From NCBI GenBank assembly GCA_000182565.2, contig KQ257458.1: DNA of 20,000 bases. One strand, written 5' to 3'. Position numbers and translations under genes: made by a program. The stretch comes from Spizellomyces punctatus DAOM BR117. Its lineage: Eukaryota. Within the stretch, counting starts at the first letter, position 1. Each line of letters starts with the position of its first letter. Below the pieces are notes generated by a model that saw only the letters and a list, made by a program, of their open reading frames with translations, was not told where the DNA came from and made no database searches. This document shows positions 19,012 through 20,000 of this stretch, in pieces.

Positions 19012-20000
19012 TTATTTCATATAGAATTGTTTTACAGCATCGTTCGTTCTTTTTTGTTTTCGTCTATTCTCTGAAATGTCTAATGGTGCAAGATTTTCAT
19101 AGTGATTTGATCCGCCTTGGGATTCAGGCATTATGTGATCGATTTCAAAGTTCCATCGGTAGTCATTCCATGACATGCCCTTAAGATCTTTCGACTTTTT
19201 GAGCAGTTCTTGGATGTATGACAAGAATTCTTCAAAAGTGCAACCTTCAACCCATGAGAGAGAGGTCCTCAGTTGCGCCATCCAAGCGGGATCCTCCATC
19301 CGGTTTCTAAGTGAAATAGAGGAGAATGATATAAATTTGCTGTGCTTTGCCCGAGACACTGCTGTATATAACATTCTCTTCGACATCTTCTCTACCTCGT
19401 GGATGGTGAACGGTCTGTTAAATGTTTGCCCTTGTGCCTTGTGTACTGTGGTACAATAACCAGAAAGAAAAAACTTTTGAAATTTGTTCCTGGGTACAGT
19501 GCATTTCATTATACCATCGGATAAATCCTCTTTTTCACAAATGACCTTTGTGTCATTCCAACTGGAAATACGCCATCGGGTTCCCTTGATCACTCCTTGA
19601 TTGCGCATTGGCTTTCTAGAAACCACAGGGGATCCCTTGATGAAAATACAATCTTGCGTTTTTGAATCTTTGGGGATTCTTGGGCACTTTAGGATCCTTG
19701 CTTTGTTCCTCTCCAATTGTTCATCTCGTTTCATGTTAAGATCATTCACATGATGGCACATTCTATTTGTAAAGGCAATGTTCAGAGAATTTGTTGTTGC
19801 AGTGGGATCGCTCTTCACAAAATCAGGTAAGGAGGGATCCTGCTCGCTTTGCACTGCTTGTACAATCTCATGCATTTTGTTTGAGGGATCATCCAGAAAC
19901 CGATAGTTCTCCGTCAGGAAAACGAGATTTCCATCTGCTATATCTGCTATGGGCTTTGTTTCAAGATAATCATCAGAGTACGAATCTTCCCATGGTTCAA
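19012..20000 (-). CDS. SF1B (Pif1/RecD-like) helicase C-terminal half fused to an HNH endonuclease; 5' end lies outside the window
   Basis: Frame stays open to the window end. Motifs LTENYR (IV), AFTNR, GYCTTVHKAQGQT (V) and LYTAVSRA (VI), then GCTFEEF...GMSWNDY.W.FEIDHIMPESQGGSNHYENLAPLDISENRRK (HNH fold). Confidence 0.85.
   Translation of the reverse strand, partial: EPWEDSYSDDYLETKPIADIADGNLVFLTENYRFLDDPSNKMHEIVQAVQSEQDPSLPDFVKSDPTATTNSLNIAFTNRMCHHVNDLNMKRDEQLERNKARILKCPRIPKDSKTQDCIFIKGSPVVSRKPMRNQGVIKGTRWRISSWNDTKVICEKEDLSDGIMKCTVPRNKFQKFFLSGYCTTVHKAQGQTFNRPFTIHEVEKMSKRMLYTAVSRAKHSKFISFSSISLRNRMEDPAWMAQLRTSLSWVEGCTFEEFLSYIQELLKKSKDLKGMSWNDYRWNFEIDHIMPESQGGSNHYENLAPLDISENRRKQKRTNDAVKQFYMK

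Larger units (their letters stand above)
17566..20000 (-). mobile_element. Edge of a Polinton/Maverick-like or Polinton-like-virus endogenous element, continuing beyond the window
   Basis: Closely packed intronless, AT-richer genes (20-bp gap): a Polinton-type rve integrase and an SF1B helicase-HNH. Composition and CpG content change abruptly after the element 2 chromodomain. No polB, capsid gene or TIR is visible, and the left boundary is approximate. Confidence 0.6.

Noticed and set aside
19012-20000. Helitron RepHel or host PIF1 gene
   Set aside because: The C-terminal HNH, lack of introns and tight linkage to a Polinton-type integrase argue against it. Not fully excluded because the N-terminus is outside the window.

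Overview
Eukaryotic, transposon-dense window, most likely from the chytrid fungus Spizellomyces punctatus or a close relative. That assignment rests on a Fanzor1 relic whose peptides match my recollection of SpuFz1; no search was run. From left to right: (1) the 3' end of a host RGS-domain gene; (2) the right end of a Fanzor1 element, with an apparently intact omega-RNA and a pseudogenised ORF cut off by an LTR at 2079; (3) a decayed minus-strand Ty3/Gypsy chromovirus (2079-10919) whose LTRs differ in U3 and lack a TSD, and whose polyprotein has a DIRS1-type adenine-methyltransferase-like domain between Gag and protease; (4) an inverted fragment of the same family; (5) an almost CpG-free plus-strand Ty3/Gypsy chromovirus with open gag and pol, a -1 frameshift signal, leader hairpins sharing one loop and a 32 x 18-bp coding minisatellite, truncated at the end of its chromodomain; (6) the edge of a Polinton/Maverick-like element with an rve integrase and an SF1B helicase-HNH fusion. 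All calls were made by eye.
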